A DNA stretch of 64,000 bases from Octopus sinensis (GCF_006345805.1 NC_043000.1:35526001-35590000), one strand, 5' to 3'. Shown: positions 38,446 to 52,002, counted from the stretch's first letter. Notes: generated by a model not told the origin, from the sequence alone. Program-made: numbers and translations.

Positions 38446-39164
38446 AGAATGGTCATGGTCAGAATGTCTTTGGTCATAATTCTGCTCAGACAGAGCTGAC
38501 ACCACAAGATTCGTTTTTAATCCATAGAAGACATGTGACAATTCATAGACACCCCACCCCTCGTTAGTGCTTTAAATTTATATGCCATGTATAACCATGT
38601 CTACACAGCCATTCTTAAAACTAGTAGGTTCTGACATAGAAAATCTCGTAATAAGTTATCAGTTAACAGTTGATTACTTTTGTAAAATAAAATAAGTCTT
38701 TGTGCTGTGAAAAGAGTTAAGTTACGACGCTTCGGATAAAAACTCTTCTTCAACTATTTTTCTTAGTATTTGGACGTCATTCGTTGTTGTTGTTGTTCAA
38801 CTTCAGGTCAGAGCTGTAACTGAGCAAGCCAGCCATTAAAGTCGCTCCTGCCATGACCACCTCATATTTGTCTCGACAGTGCAATGGGTGTTTATAGTAT
38901 TACATTATCAGAGGTCTCTTTCATGACGAACACGCGACTTTGGAGGTGAGAGGAGGTCAAAAGAGTCGATGAGATAAGAGATGATTGGAGACAGATTAAT
39001 ATTTCGATAAAATTGACGAGCACATGATACAGAAAAAAAAAACATATAATTTTATAATATATAATTTAAATCTATCGTTAGAAACATTTTCACCCTTTGG
39101 GAAAATATTGGGAGATACGAAACTGGGAACAAAACCCCTGACTTTACATAAACTTATGACGACG

Positions 39165-39170
39165 GTGAGA
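39165..39170 (+). promoter_or_regulatory. Candidate donor of the TMEM187-like 5' UTR exon (intron would span 39165-44156)
   Basis: ACG|GTGAGA followed by a pyrimidine-rich tract, downstream of a CpG-richer region (~38720-39160). Confidence 0.35.
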
Positions 39171-39434
39171 TTGTTCTTTCATTTCTTCTTGTTTTCGTTT
39201 CCAACTTTTTCTTTTATCTTCGTTTTCTCTTTCTTATTTTTCTTTATTACTTTACTCGCGAAATATTTTTTTCACTTTACAATATAAAAAAAACTATCTA
39301 TATATATAATTGCTTGTAAATATTAATTGGTTTCTGCTATTTTCCTGTTTGGTCGCATTTTACAAATTGAAAGTAAAATCGTCACATTTCTCTTTCGCGT
39401 GTATGTTTATATGCGAGCGTATACACGCGCGCAC

Positions 39435-39435
<1 letters not shown>

Positions 39436-39499
<64 letters not shown>

Positions 39500-39690
39500 C
39501 GTGTCTGTCTGTATGTGTGTGTGTGTGCGTGTGTCTGTCTGTATGTGTGTGTGTGTGCGTGTGTCTGTCTGTATGCGTGTGCGTGTGCCTGTGCACATAT
39601 ATACATGTATATATACGTATACACACGCGTGCGTGTGTGTTTGTGTGGTGTGTACATATGATACATACATATATATATGCGTATATACAC
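39436..39690. repeat. (TA)n/(TG)n/(TCTG) compound microsatellite
   Basis: Direct reading. Confidence 0.95.
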
Positions 39691-40728
39691 GCACCTGGCT
39701 GTTAATCATCCATTATATTTTCTTCTTAATCCGAATCCCCTTCTGCCCTGACCACATCCTCCCTTTATCATTCGATCCGTTTCCTTTTACATTCCTTACA
39801 ATCCTGCGGTGTTGTCGTTTCTCTACGGTTGTTGTTTAACCACAGGCCATCCTTGATCGTGTTGTCCTATCGTCACAACCCTCCTAACCATCCGTTATTT
39901 TTTGTTTGTTTGCTCTTTTATAAGATCGTAGGTCGGTGATTTGAGAGAGATTTGGTTCCTATTTCTAACTGCTCCTACAACCATGTCGAGTCACTCTTAT
40001 TCATTCCTTCTGCTTGTTCTTTTTCTGCCGGTAAAGGTTCGTTTTTGTACACACATCATCGAGAGAGGGTGAAGTGGCACAAGTAAAGATATTAATTCCA
40101 CCAAGGTATGGTAAAGTCACACATAAAACTTGGTTGTCAGCTCACATTGAGCATACCTCTGATTAAAACCATTCTAGCCACGACCATCTCGTCTTAATGG
40201 AAAACAACGTATCTAACACTACATTATCCGTTGTGCAGTTATTTACTTTTTCTCTGTTATAAATATATTTACAGTGTGATTTGATAGAAATTTATCCAGT
40301 TTTTAGCAAGTCCAATGATCTCGCTAAAGTTCCCTCCCCCCGTTAGAAGCAGGGGTAAAAACTAGTTCATTTCAACAGGTCCTTGAGTCGCAGCGGCATT
40401 GTGCCTGTGACCATTTCGGAGAAGTGCTAAAATGAGCCAAAGGAAATAATTCTATAAGACCTTCCAAAGTATAAATCTGGATGAATTTAGAACTTCTATG
40501 AATTTATCTCCACCGATCTGTTGACCATTGCCACTAGGTTTTTCTTTTCCCCTTCAGTTAATTAAGAATATTTTTTGCTTATTGCGTTTCAGGGCCTCAT
40601 CTTTTAGTTAATCAAAATTCATGACATTGACGCATTTGAATTACTTCCCTTGGCTCATTTTATTTTTAAATCATGTAAAGTAAACCGTTATGATTCCATT
40701 TACATATAAGATGTATTAAAGAAATATT

Positions 40729-41525
40729 GGATCTTTTCCTTTTGAACGGCACTTTGTAACATAATTTCTAGGTAACTAAAAAGTTTTAAACTTTGTATAC
40801 TGGTAGAATGTGTTTATAAAACATCATTTTCTCTTGGCTTTATTGAGAAAATTCTATAGTTTGTAAGATATATCGTCTGAAATTTCGAGCATTTCGGCAA
40901 TTTTAACCAATCAATTACCTCCATTTAGGTAAATAACATTCTGTGCATAATGAATATGTCCCTCGTTTAAGAAACAGATTGGGTTTATTTACATTTGTGA
41001 AGAAAAAAAGATACCCTTCCCCAACCCCTAACCCTAACCCTAAATCTAAAATAGATTGAAATGCAATAGATCGATACTAGGGCCATAATTATGGGTGACA
41101 TTTTCATTTGACACCGCTAGAAAAAAATCCCATTTTCCGTAGCGGTGTCATGTGAAATTGTCACCCATAATTATAACCCTAGTATCGATCTATTGCATTT
41201 CAATCTATTTTAGATTTAGGGTTAGGGGTGGGGGAAGGGTATCTTTTTTTCTTCACAAATGTAAATAAACCCAATCTGTTTCTTAAACGAGGGACATATT
41301 CATACCGCACGGAATGTTGTTTACGTCAATGGAGGTAATCGATTGGTTAAAATTGCCGAAATGCTCGAAATTTCAGACGAAATATCTTACAAACTATAGA
41401 ATTTTCTCAATAAAGCCAAGAGAAAAATGATGTTTTATCAATACATTCTCCCAGTATACGAACTTTAAAACTTTTTAGTTACCTAGAAATTATTTTACAA
41501 AGTGCCGTTCAAAAGGAAAAAATCC
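40729..41525. mobile_element. ~800-bp foldback: inverted dimer of a ~400-bp MITE-like unit containing telomere-type repeats
   Basis: Arms 40729-41119 and 41140-41525 are near-identical reverse complements; CCCTAA repeats at ~41029-41043 and TTAGGG at ~41216-41227. Confidence 0.9.
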
Positions 41526-41864
41526 GAAATACTAGATCGACGCTTGGACTCGACTGGTACTTTATTTTATTCATCCCAGAAGAATGAAAGGAAAGATTGA
41601 TCTGAGTGACTTTTGATCATCTCAGAATTTTGTAAAAATTTATGTCAGCTTATCAAACCATCTTGAGTAGATTCTACTTTACTGATGAAGTCTAACAGAG
41701 TAAAACGTATCCATAGTTGTCCCCCCTTGCCCACAAAGCTCTGTTCTTCCTTCTCACAAGCAAACAAGTTACCATAATTTACTCATGTGTAAGTCACACT
41801 CCAGTATAAGCTGCACCCCTAGTTTGATATTAAATCATGGTGCAAATTTTTTTTTCCTTCATAG

Positions 41865-41973
41865 TTTTGCTGTTTTGGATCAGTGGGTGACCCTTCCATT
41901 CTTCATGTGGGTTGCTGTTGAAGGAATTACCATTCTGTATGGCTGGAATTGGTTAAAGGCTCTCTGTCTTTGT
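41865..41973 (+). pseudogene. 109-bp duplicate of TMEM187-like coding sequence
   Basis: 105/109 identical to 44520-44628. Confidence 0.9.
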
Positions 41974-42661
41974 GGTATTTTTTACATTTTGAAATTACTC
42001 CCCCTATCTTCTTTGAAAGTCTCTAACCAAGATCCATAAATGAATCAAGAATTTTTTCACACTTCATAGCAGACAATAATGTCAAGAAATAGACAAAAGT
42101 AATTGTAACAAATGTCCATCAAATGTAAATAATGTAAATACAATTCTGATATATTTTGAAATTTAATGACATAGAATATCAGTTTTCAATGATTTGATGA
42201 AAAATTCTATAGAATTGGAAACAGCACTTTCTTTGATACCTTATTCCCTGGGCTTTTATCCAGTTTTTAAACTGATGGTTTTTCTTGAGCTGACTGTTTG
42301 ATAACAAAAAGGGAAAAACAAATATTGCAATTAATTTTCTTTACTGCATTAATGTAGTTTGGAATGACATGACCACCACCATTTACGTTTTTATTTTTTG
42401 CTTCTGGTTATTTAATTTGATTGAAGTCTATTACATTGCTAATGATAGATTCCTGTGGTGTAAAATATCTGTGATGCTATGGAAAGAGAATGGCAAAATA
42501 TGTGTTTACAATAGAGAGAAAGATTCAACACACACACACTCATACACAGATGGCAACTAGCTGTGGGTGTTTGGAGGAAGGGTATGTGTATATGTGCACC
42601 TGCCATTGGCGCTTATATTTGTGTGAGTGTATTGTGTGTCAGTGCACATAAATACTCTTAC

Positions 42662-43048
42662 TCTTTACTCTTTTACTTCTTTCAGTCATTTGACTGCAGC
42701 CATGCTGGAGCACAGCCTTTAGTTGAGCAAATTAACCCTAGGACTTATTCTTTGTAAGCCTAGTACTTATTCTATCAGTCTCTTTTGCAGAACCGCTAAG
42801 TTACAGGATGTAAACACACCAGCATCAGTTGTCAAGCGATGTTGGGAGGATAAATACACACACACGCACATATATATATATACATATATAGGACGGGCTT
42901 CTTTCAGTTTCCATCTACCAAATCCACTCACAAGGCCTTGGTGGCCCCAAAGCTATAGTAGAAGACACTTGCCCAAGGTGCCATGCAGTGGGACTGAACC
43001 CAGAACCATGTGGTTGGTAAGCAAGCTACTTACCACATAGCCACTCCT
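42662..43048 (-). mobile_element. SINE family C, full length
   Basis: Reverse complement of the 13410 copy. Confidence 0.9.
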
Positions 43049-43684
43049 ACAAAGATTTTCCAACTTCCTCTTATGTTCATAATTTTATTCCAAAATTTCT
43101 TCATAAAATATGTATAATAGTATCTCCTGGATACAGTTGTTATCAACTATGCAATTTCAAGTACTTCTTGAATTATTTTATAACCGAAACAGAGTTGGAT
43201 GTGTTACAGCAAAGATCAGAGAGCATGACAGCAAGAATTGAATGAAGAGAAGCAGAGAAAATAAAGGGAAATATAAGGGAAAAGGGTAAAGTGAAGAATT
43301 AGGGATAAGGGGAGGGGAATCAGGAATGATGACAAGCGATAACTCAGGGTGAAGGGAATGACATTAGGGCAGGAAATAGGGCCAGAAAGTGTTGTATGAT
43401 GAAGAGAAAGTTGAAGTTAATTGGGAGGAAAATGAGACTTATTAATCAAGAAAGAAAACAAAATATAAGTGATGAGGATGATAGGCAAGAATATTTTGCA
43501 GAAGCCAGGATGAGAAAGCAGGCAAGAATAGGAAACATGACCAAAGAAAAGGAACTAGATCTCCTAAATATTAATTAAAGGGTTAAGAAAGAAGTGATAG
43601 GATATTATTACCATGTAGGGGACATTTATGGCTGACACTGGGCTGTGGAATTTCTACTGTATCTTACAACAAATTGCAGATATT

Positions 43685-43915
43685 TATTTCTTTATTGTTC
43701 ACAAGGGGCTAAACACAGAGGGGACAAACAAGGACAGGCAAAAGGATTAAGTTGATTATATCGACCCCAGTGCGTAACTAGTACTTATTTAATCGACCCT
43801 GAAAAGATGAAAGGCAAAGTCGACCTCGGCAAAATTTGAACTCAGAACATAACAGCAAACGAAATACCGCTAAGCATTTCGCCCGGTGTGCTAATACTGC
43901 CGGCTCACCACTTTA
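43685..43915 (-). mobile_element. SINE family B, full length
   Basis: Head to tail on the minus strand. Confidence 0.9.
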
Positions 43916-44172
43916 TTGCAGATATTGTTAATGTGTGTGTGTGTGTTAAGAGGAAATTAAGTTTGGCTGATCTTTGATGTTCATGTACATGCTACTGTGG
44001 GACTGATAATAAAACCCAAACAATCCAGTAAAAGCAAAGATTGTCTCCTACCGTTTCCTATACTGAAACCAAAGATTGCTTAAGTTTTATAAATATTGAA
44101 TTAAAGCTTTGATATTTTGTTTACCATTTCCGTTGTTTGTTTTTTTTTTCTTTCAGACTTTCCTGAGCAACC

Positions 44173-44976
44173 ATGGTAATGTTCAAGACATTTCTACTGA
44201 CTATGTTTCCGTTGCTGTTAATGTGTACCATTGTTCACATTGGATTCTTTGAAAATGTTCCAATGGAGCTTGGAAATAAATATTATGCTGAAATCCCAAG
44301 TATGTTAATATTTGTCCCTGACTGGATGACAATGCCATTTAACACCTTGGTTAACTTTGGTTATGCCATTGTTGGCGCCATGTGGCTGGCAATTACATCA
44401 AATTATATTGATTGCAATGTCTTTACCGAAACTCAGTCATTTCTTTTCTATATATTTAACTGGATGGCGCTGTTTTACTCTCCCATACAGTTACTAAGGA
44501 TTCTCACTCAGATACATGCTTTTGCTGTTTTGGATCAGTGGGTGACCCTTCCATTTTTCATGTGGGTTGTTGTTGAAGGAATTACCATTCTATATGGCTG
44601 GAATTGGTTAAAGGCTCTCGGTCTTTGTACACTTTCCATTTTGAGTTACTTCTTAGTTCTTCTACCAATTCCTGGATTTGAGATCTCTCTTATTTTACAC
44701 ATTGCCGCTGCACTTCACGTTGCCAGACTTTTATACAACAAGTTTCCAAATGAAAAATCAAAGAATTTTTTCATAAAAGCTTTCATTTCTTGTTTAGGAT
44801 TTATATTTTTGAAATTGTTTGACCTCCATTTGGGGAATTTACATTTAGCTTTCAAATATCTCTCTGGCCATTTCTTGTCCAAGATCTGTGATATTCTTCA
44901 AATTCACTATGTAAATCTGTTTGTGCTAAACATAGTTCTCAGACAGAACAAAGATGCCAAAAAGAAAGCTGAATGA
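44173..44976 (+). CDS. TMEM187: Transmembrane protein 187-like, 267 aa, single coding exon
   Basis: ELG.KYYAE.P....P.WM.MPFN.LVN.GY, FAVLDQW.TLP.F and GF..LKL.D..L....F..L.GHF.SKICD.LQ.H motifs; multi-pass hydrophobic; acceptor (T)nCTTTCAG| at 44156; ACCATGG start; AATAAA at 45191. Confidence 0.88.
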   Translation: MVMFKTFLLTMFPLLLMCTIVHIGFFENVPMELGNKYYAEIPSMLIFVPDWMTMPFNTLVNFGYAIVGAMWLAITSNYIDCNVFTETQSFLFYIFNWMALFYSPIQLLRILTQIHAFAVLDQWVTLPFFMWVVVEGITILYGWNWLKALGLCTLSILSYFLVLLPIPGFEISLILHIAAALHVARLLYNKFPNEKSKNFFIKAFISCLGFIFLKLFDLHLGNLHLAFKYLSGHFLSKICDILQIHYVNLFVLNIVLRQNKDAKKKAE

Positions 44977-46094
44977 TAAGTTTTTATTTTATTTTGTGAA
45001 ACCAGTGGAAATGATTACATTAATTAAAATAATCATGATTAAGATTTCTTAATGACATATGAAACCCAGCCCTACAACTTCAGGAGATAGTGTCCACAAT
45101 GAAATATCACACCATGGGGTATGAATCTTCTTCCAAGTTTGGTTTTTTAATCATTTGTCCATTATTTAAATACAATATATAAATTACGCAAATAAATAAA
45201 TAAAAATTTGATAAAATGACTTTTTAACCATCTTCATCAATTATAATCGATGGACTACATTAAATCTTTTAATTAATGGACCTGATTATATCATTGGCTG
45301 TGTTTTATGATTTTCAATCGTGTACCTCTTACTGACATTTTTTCCCTCCATTTTAAACTTTTTTGTTGCACTCCACCCCCAAATCTCGTCCTCTCTAAGA
45401 GTTTAGAGGCAATTATCCATGCTGAATATCTTAATGAATTTTATTTTTCCCCGATATTATTTGCACTTTTTGTTTATACCCTGCTCCCTGAAAGACAATA
45501 AAATATACATCCCACTGAAATTATTCCTGAGAATTATTTTATAATTTCTGAAAAGATTTTGATATTTTTGTAACCATTATATTTAATTTAATTTATTATT
45601 TGTGCTTTCGTTATCAAAATAAAAATTGTCCACTTAATATCAAATGTTATTTATTGGTATAAACTTTTTCATTAGCCATAATGATCGTGCTCATCATTTA
45701 ATACCTCTCTTCCACGTTGACATGGTTCAGATGGTTTAACAAGATACAGTGAATTAGAGGACTATGGCATACCTCAGTGTCTGCTTTGGTATGGTTTCTA
45801 TGGCTGGCTCGCTCGCTGGCTACCTTTCGTAATGTCGACCATCTTACAGAGTTTACTGGATATTTTTTGTGTAACACCAACACTAGTGAGGTTACCGTGT
45901 AACTTGCAAGACCAAGATCCCTCTTAACTGAGTGGGACCACAGTTAAAAAAGATGCAGCTTTTTGCTGGGTGTTGGGAAGTTGGAGTATGAAAGATGAGT
46001 CAGGAACAGGTTTGTTGCTGTGGAGGAAATGTGTAGCTACCACACATTCTATAAGAGTAATCAGGGTGGAGCTGGAAAGAGAGAGATATAGGTG

Positions 46095-46463
46095 CAGGAG
46101 TGGCTGTGTGGTAAGAAGCTTGCTTCCCAACCACATGGTTCCAGGTTCAGTTCCACTGTGTGACACTTTGGGCAAGCGTCTTCTACTATAGCTTTGGGCC
46201 GACCAAAGCCTTGTGAATGGATTTGGTAGACAGAAACTGAAAGAAGCCTGTCATAGATGTATGTATGTGTCTGTGTTTGTCACTCCACCATTGCTTGACA
46301 ACTGATGTTGGTGTGTTTATGTCCCTGAAACTTAGCGGTTTGGAAAAAGAGTCTGATAGAATAAGTACTAGGCTTACAAAGCATAAGTCCTGGAGTTGAT
46401 TTCTTCAGCTAAAGGCAGTGGTCCAGCATGGCCACTGTCAAATGACTGAAACAAGTAAAAGAG
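46095..46463 (+). mobile_element. SINE family C, full length
   Basis: Matches the 13410 copy. Confidence 0.9.
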
Positions 46464-48309
46464 TATGGTTTTGAAGTGTCCTGGTGAACCCTCGCGGTAT
46501 AAAAAGCTGAATAGAAAAGAATTGTGGCAGACAAACAGAAAGGTTGAGCAAGTAGAGTTGGTAGAGGTTACAAGAGTGTTTAGAAGAAGAATGGTTAGAA
46601 ATGGAGTAGGGGGCGTATGAATGACAAGTTTGGTAGGGTTATCAGCAACAGATATTAGTTGGAGGGAAGGTAAGGGAGACTAAGTGCTACCTGGCAGCAC
46701 AGAGTGAAGAACATGAATAGTAATAAACAAGAAGGATGAAATAAAAGATGGTAGGTAAGTCACAAGGGTGTGTGAGAGTGCGAGATAATTGATAGCACAG
46801 AAGAATGATCAATGTAAAATGTGAGTGGAGAGGTGCAACATAATGAATGTAGGGTGGATGTTGAAGGAAATGGTTCTGGACAATTGAAGGAGATGATGGT
46901 AAAATATGTAGTGCTGCTCTCATTATGCTTCTTTGGGGTACTTTCACAGCAATGTTGCCTCAGCGATAACTAACAAAATTCTGTATAAGATATCTATATT
47001 TGACCATCACTGTTTATCAAAGATGTTGCATATTTTATACACAGAAAATGTGTGTTTAATGCTGAAGTGCTTAGAAGAGTAACAAGAAAGCTATTGAAAC
47101 TTACATTAGCAGTATTGCTTGAGTGTTATTTGCTGTTGTGGTGGCTGGTTGAGTTGAGGAATGAGAATAGGTTTCTTGGACTGTAGGAAGAAGTAACTGG
47201 ACAACACCCGCAAACATTCAACAGAAGCTATTATTACTGCACACAGAGTCAAAACGTGTTGGCCTTTTACAAAGAACAGCAGTAATTGCGTACTGGGAGA
47301 GACATATCATTTGAAGTTTATGACAAACCGCAGATGCAGCAACATGTGGCTTGCCCAACGTAACTGGAAACAATTGTGCTGCATTAATGGTGATGGTGGT
47401 TCTTGGTCATCTAGCTGAGCTGTCTCCATGGGCCATCTATTGTAACAAGAATGGAGACATATATTGCACAACTGCCTCAACATTCTGTAATAAATCCAAA
47501 CACCATCTTTTGTAGGATGCAAAAAGAAGATTCTAAAAGATTAAATCACACAATGGCTTCATGTTGATTTGTTGCTTAACACATAAAGCGCGACGGGCCA
47601 TGATCGTGGCCTTCAAGCACAGATCGACAGGCCACAATCGTGGCCCACATAGATGCATTTAATTTATGGACACCTATTGAGGTCTAATGTCACTCAAACG
47701 CTCAATACCCCCAGAATGTAAGAGGACTAATAGTTCAACTAATGACTTTTTACATGATGTTCAACTTGCCACCATTATATACTAAGAAGATCATCATCAT
47801 CATCATCATACTAAGAAGATATTTTAACTATTTTTTGTCTTTTATGTGTGCATGGTAGTCTCATTTTCATAAAAATGTGCTCAGCAGTCCATGCTATGTA
47901 AGTGCAAATCCCAGCACTTTATGGGTTAATAGACCATCCATGTGAAACTATTGTAGCTTGCTTGTGATGTCTGACCTTGTATCCAGGGATCTGGTTTTCA
48001 AATCCCCACAACTGCAGAAAGTGAGGATGGCTAGGTGGATGCTTAACAAAAGAACTGGAACTTTATTGCAGACAAGTGATGCATTTGTGAAATTCATGAT
48101 AAAAAGACATTTTTATTACTTGATGGGGTGGATTACTTGATGGTAAGTATTCAATATAATTTGAGCTTCTGATGAAATTAGCCATCATCCATGATAACCA
48201 GAAGACTTTGTGTTAGATTGTGGGATCTTCAAAACATTTGGTGAAGCAATTTTCATTTTTCTGTTAAGACAGATTGAACTTACAAACTTTATTACTTCAA
48301 TGTATATAT

Positions 48310-48530
48310 ATTTCTTTATTGCCTACAGGGGGCTAAACATAGAGGGGACAAACAAGGACAGACAAAGGGATTAAGTAAATTGCATCGACCCCAGTACGTA
48401 ACTTAATCGACCCCGAAAGGATGAAAGGCAAAGTCGACCTCGGTGGAATTTGAACTCATTACGTAATGGCAGACGAAATACGGCTACGCATTTCGCCCGG
48501 CGTGCTAACGTTTCTGCCAGTTCGCTGCCT
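48310..48530 (-). mobile_element. SINE family B
   Basis: Head to tail on the minus strand. Confidence 0.88.
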
Positions 48531-48674
48531 TAACTTCAATGTATATAGGTTGTATGTTGTTCCTGTTTAACACCACTGCCATTTGGCCATTATCAAAGTC
48601 AAATCTGTTGCTATCATTTAACAAAGTGTCTAGTCTAACTCAACATTTTTGTTGTGTTGCTTCTTACTGTAGAC

Positions 48675-49408
48675 CAGGGGTCGCCAAAGAGGCTCCAAGG
48701 GACCCCCTAGGGGTCAGTGAGGAATTACAGGGAGTGGAATGGGGGCCGGCATGTGAAAGACCAGCTCACCTAGATGAACTGCTTGAAATACTTAGCGCCA
48801 TGCCCATCCCTCACATTGATGTTGTCAGTTCCAATAAAGAATATTCCAGCAATAAAATGTATTTTTCACATTTTCTAACCATGAAAACAATTTCATAAAA
48901 ATTGAAAGTTTAATACTGTATACTCATAAATGTAGTTTTAAATGTAAAAAGTGTGTCTTCTTCAATAGAATTTCTTAATTTGTCGTACAGGTATATTTTT
49001 AGCTAACATTTTAATTGCTAGCATCAGTACCCGGCACACATTTAAAATATTGTTTGGGTAGGGTATTAAGATATTCTAAATGAGGAAGGTGTTCGATGTG
49101 ACTAAAGGGGGTCATCATCATCATCATCATCATTTAGCGTCCGCTTTCCATGCTAGCATGGGTTGGACGGTTCAACTGGGGTCTGGGAAGCCAGAAGGCT
49201 GCACCAGGCCCAGTCTGATCTGGCAATGTTTCTATGGCTGGATGCCCTTCTTAACGCCAACCATTCCATGAGTGTAGTGGGTGATTTTTACGTGCCACCA
49301 GCACAGGTGCCAGACGGGGCTGGCAAACGTCCACGGTCGGATGGTGCTTTTTACGTGCCACCGGCACAGGGGCCAGGCGAGATAGTTGAAAAAGTTTGGC
49401 AACCCCTG
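48675..49408. mobile_element. Non-autonomous hAT element with a nested family D copy (~49113-49378)
   Basis: TIRs CAGGGGTCGCCAAA / TTTGGCAACCCCTG; perfect 8-bp TSD CTGTAGAC at 48667-48674 and 49409-49416. Confidence 0.9.
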
Positions 49409-51172
49409 CTGTAGACCAATGGTTTTCAACCAGTGTCCATATGACCCTTGGGTGTCCAGGTAGAAAAGAAATTCCAGATATGGAAGCTAAACCTAGAATT
49501 CAGAACCCTCAAGGCAAACTTAGCAAAGACTAGATACCTTTCTAGAAAAAAGCTAACGATGAAAATTTCTGTTCAGCCAATCTGCATATTAGTTGAATGC
49601 CAAAATGGACCAACTTCATTGAATTAAGCTCTAAAATATAATGAAGAGAACTGTATACATTATATTTAATACATTCATGCATGGTCAATCATGGAGAGAT
49701 CTTCGCCATGATAATAGTCCGCTTCAGAGTTCAGCACATCACCCAATATTGGGATTCATTGTTGACTTCTTTGGTTGTTTTTATCACTTTATATTTTTGC
49801 ACTCTTGGTCGTGTGCTTTTTACTTTGTCAATAAAAGTTACAAAACCGAGTAGAATCTTGTGGATTTGCTAATCCAGTATGTTTAATTAGCTTCACTAAT
49901 TAATTGGAGGGTATATGCTGGTCTATGAATGATGTTATCAAACTGTAGTGTGTGTTTCCGAGTCATTATGCTTTATTAACTATAGATACTGATTATGTTT
50001 TTCACAGCCCACTAAGAACTGGCATTCTTATATTACAAGAGTAATTAATAAATCTACTGGTGTGTGCAAAGCTTTGTCAAGCTGGAATGAATTAATTAAA
50101 CAGCAATCAATAAATCTACTGGTGTATGCAAAGCTTTGTCAAGCTGGAATTGATTAAATAAAGGTACAAACCAAGCAGAAGTAAAGCAATAACAAACAAG
50201 CCATGTCAATCTGATTATTTAATACAGAAAGTAAAAGTTACAGCATACTCACACACACATTCACACACAATACTTTATTACAAGTTGATAAAAAATATTG
50301 CACAAGATATAACTCGATATCAAAAATAACAATAGACAATAGTTAAATCACTTTGGATCTTTTTCACACCAGACATGAAGGCTGACTTGTAGATGTAAGA
50401 TTTACTGTTTTGTAAATAAAAAATGTGAGTTTGTGTGAATGGTGAAAAGTCTTTTAGTTTTGCATCCATTTTCTTACACTTGCAATACTGCAAAAGGTTT
50501 TTTTTGATTTTCTTCTTTATTTATTAATTTATATATATTTTTTTTTGTGGTTTTCAAAATCTGGACAGTTGGACATTTAAATGTTGCTAGTGCCAATAGA
50601 TTTATAAGGTATTTTGGTTGTTCCTTAGAACTACTGAAAGTGAAGCAGAGAGGTTAGAGCACAACTCATTTACCCATGTGGAGTGATACCTATTGCCATA
50701 ACTTCACAGCCATGTTACATTATATATACTCATGTGTGTGTGTGTGTGTGTGTGTGTATAATCCAACCATCATTGTTTGGATTCGTCATGGTCAAGGTAT
50801 TACCTCACCTGTTTATGCTTGTTTAAAAATATACCCAAAGACAGTGGATTATGTTATGATGTAATCAATAAATACATCAATTCTACCAAAACAGCTATCA
50901 CAAATTTAAACCCTACTTGTGTTCTTGTTTACACCTATGCCACATCTACAGCCAACCCTGAGTCAGATCTACGCTTTAATTTGGATTTGGTACTTTCATA
51001 TCTACAGTATCCTACCAACACTTAAAACTTTCATGGTTGTTTTACCTCAATGTGACACCTATGTTATTGTACCTGGCCATTTCTGGTGTCCTACCTGTTG
51101 ATGTACCTAGATTCTAGTGATTCTGGTAACTAATCTCTTTCACTCTCTCTCTCTCTCAATATATACCTATCT

Positions 51173-51207
<35 letters not shown>

Positions 51208-51489
51208 TACATACACACATACATACATACACATATTTTTCTTCATGAAAGCATATTTTGTGATATGTGGAATGGATGCCATAAAATGGTGGCCATTTCT
51301 CAAGAAGCCAAATCTGCTGCCTATTCTCAAAACCATTTCACTTTTGTTGTTAAAATCCATGTGAAGGTGGTCAGTCACGTTATAAATTCCTGTCTGCCCT
51401 CTTGCTATATTCTAGTGATATTATGTGAAATAAAAATATAATTTTTAAATCACCGTTTACAAAGTATAGCTCAAAGTAATTTTCCCAGG

Positions 51490-51810
51490 TGTTGGCATGG
51501 CTGTGAGTTTAAAAGAAGCTTGTTTTGAAACTAAGGGGTTTGGGGTCAGTCCCACTGAGAGGCACCTTGGGTAGGTGTCTTCTACTATAGCCCTTTGTAG
51601 TGAATTTGGTTGATAGAAACTGCGTGGAAGCCTGTCATATATACACATGTGTGTGTGTGTGTGTGTGTGTTTTGTATTTGCAGCTCATCAAAAGAAATTA
51701 ATAGGAAAAGTAGCAGACTTAAGAATAATTACTGGGATTCATTTGCTTGACCAAAGGCTGTGAAGGTGGTGCCCAGCATGGCCACAGTCCAAGGAATTAA
51801 ACAAGTAAAG
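51490..51810 (+). mobile_element. SINE family C, degenerate
   Basis: GGCACCTTGGGTAGGTGTCTTCTACTATAGC core and CCAGCATGGCCACAGTC 3' end. Confidence 0.7.
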
Positions 51811-51926
51811 AAAATATGATTCGCAACCCTTTCGTTACCAGATTTCTCAAAGCCACATGTTGCAAGCCCAAAATCTTTACCACACAGCCATCCCTTCACC
51901 TATGAGCATGTGCGTGTGTGTGTGCG

Positions 51927-52002
51927 TGCGACATGAGAAGGGAAGCTAGCAACCAACTTAACATTGTCTCTCCATATATATATATACATGTAAACATGCA
52001 TA

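Noticed and set aside
42662-46463. Inverted SINE C pair flanking the TMEM187-like exon as a circRNA signal
   Set aside because: The coding exon is terminal, with AATAAA at 45191 before the second SINE and no downstream donor.
50047-50160. 61-bp tandem duplication
   Set aside because: Two-unit local duplication with no further structure.
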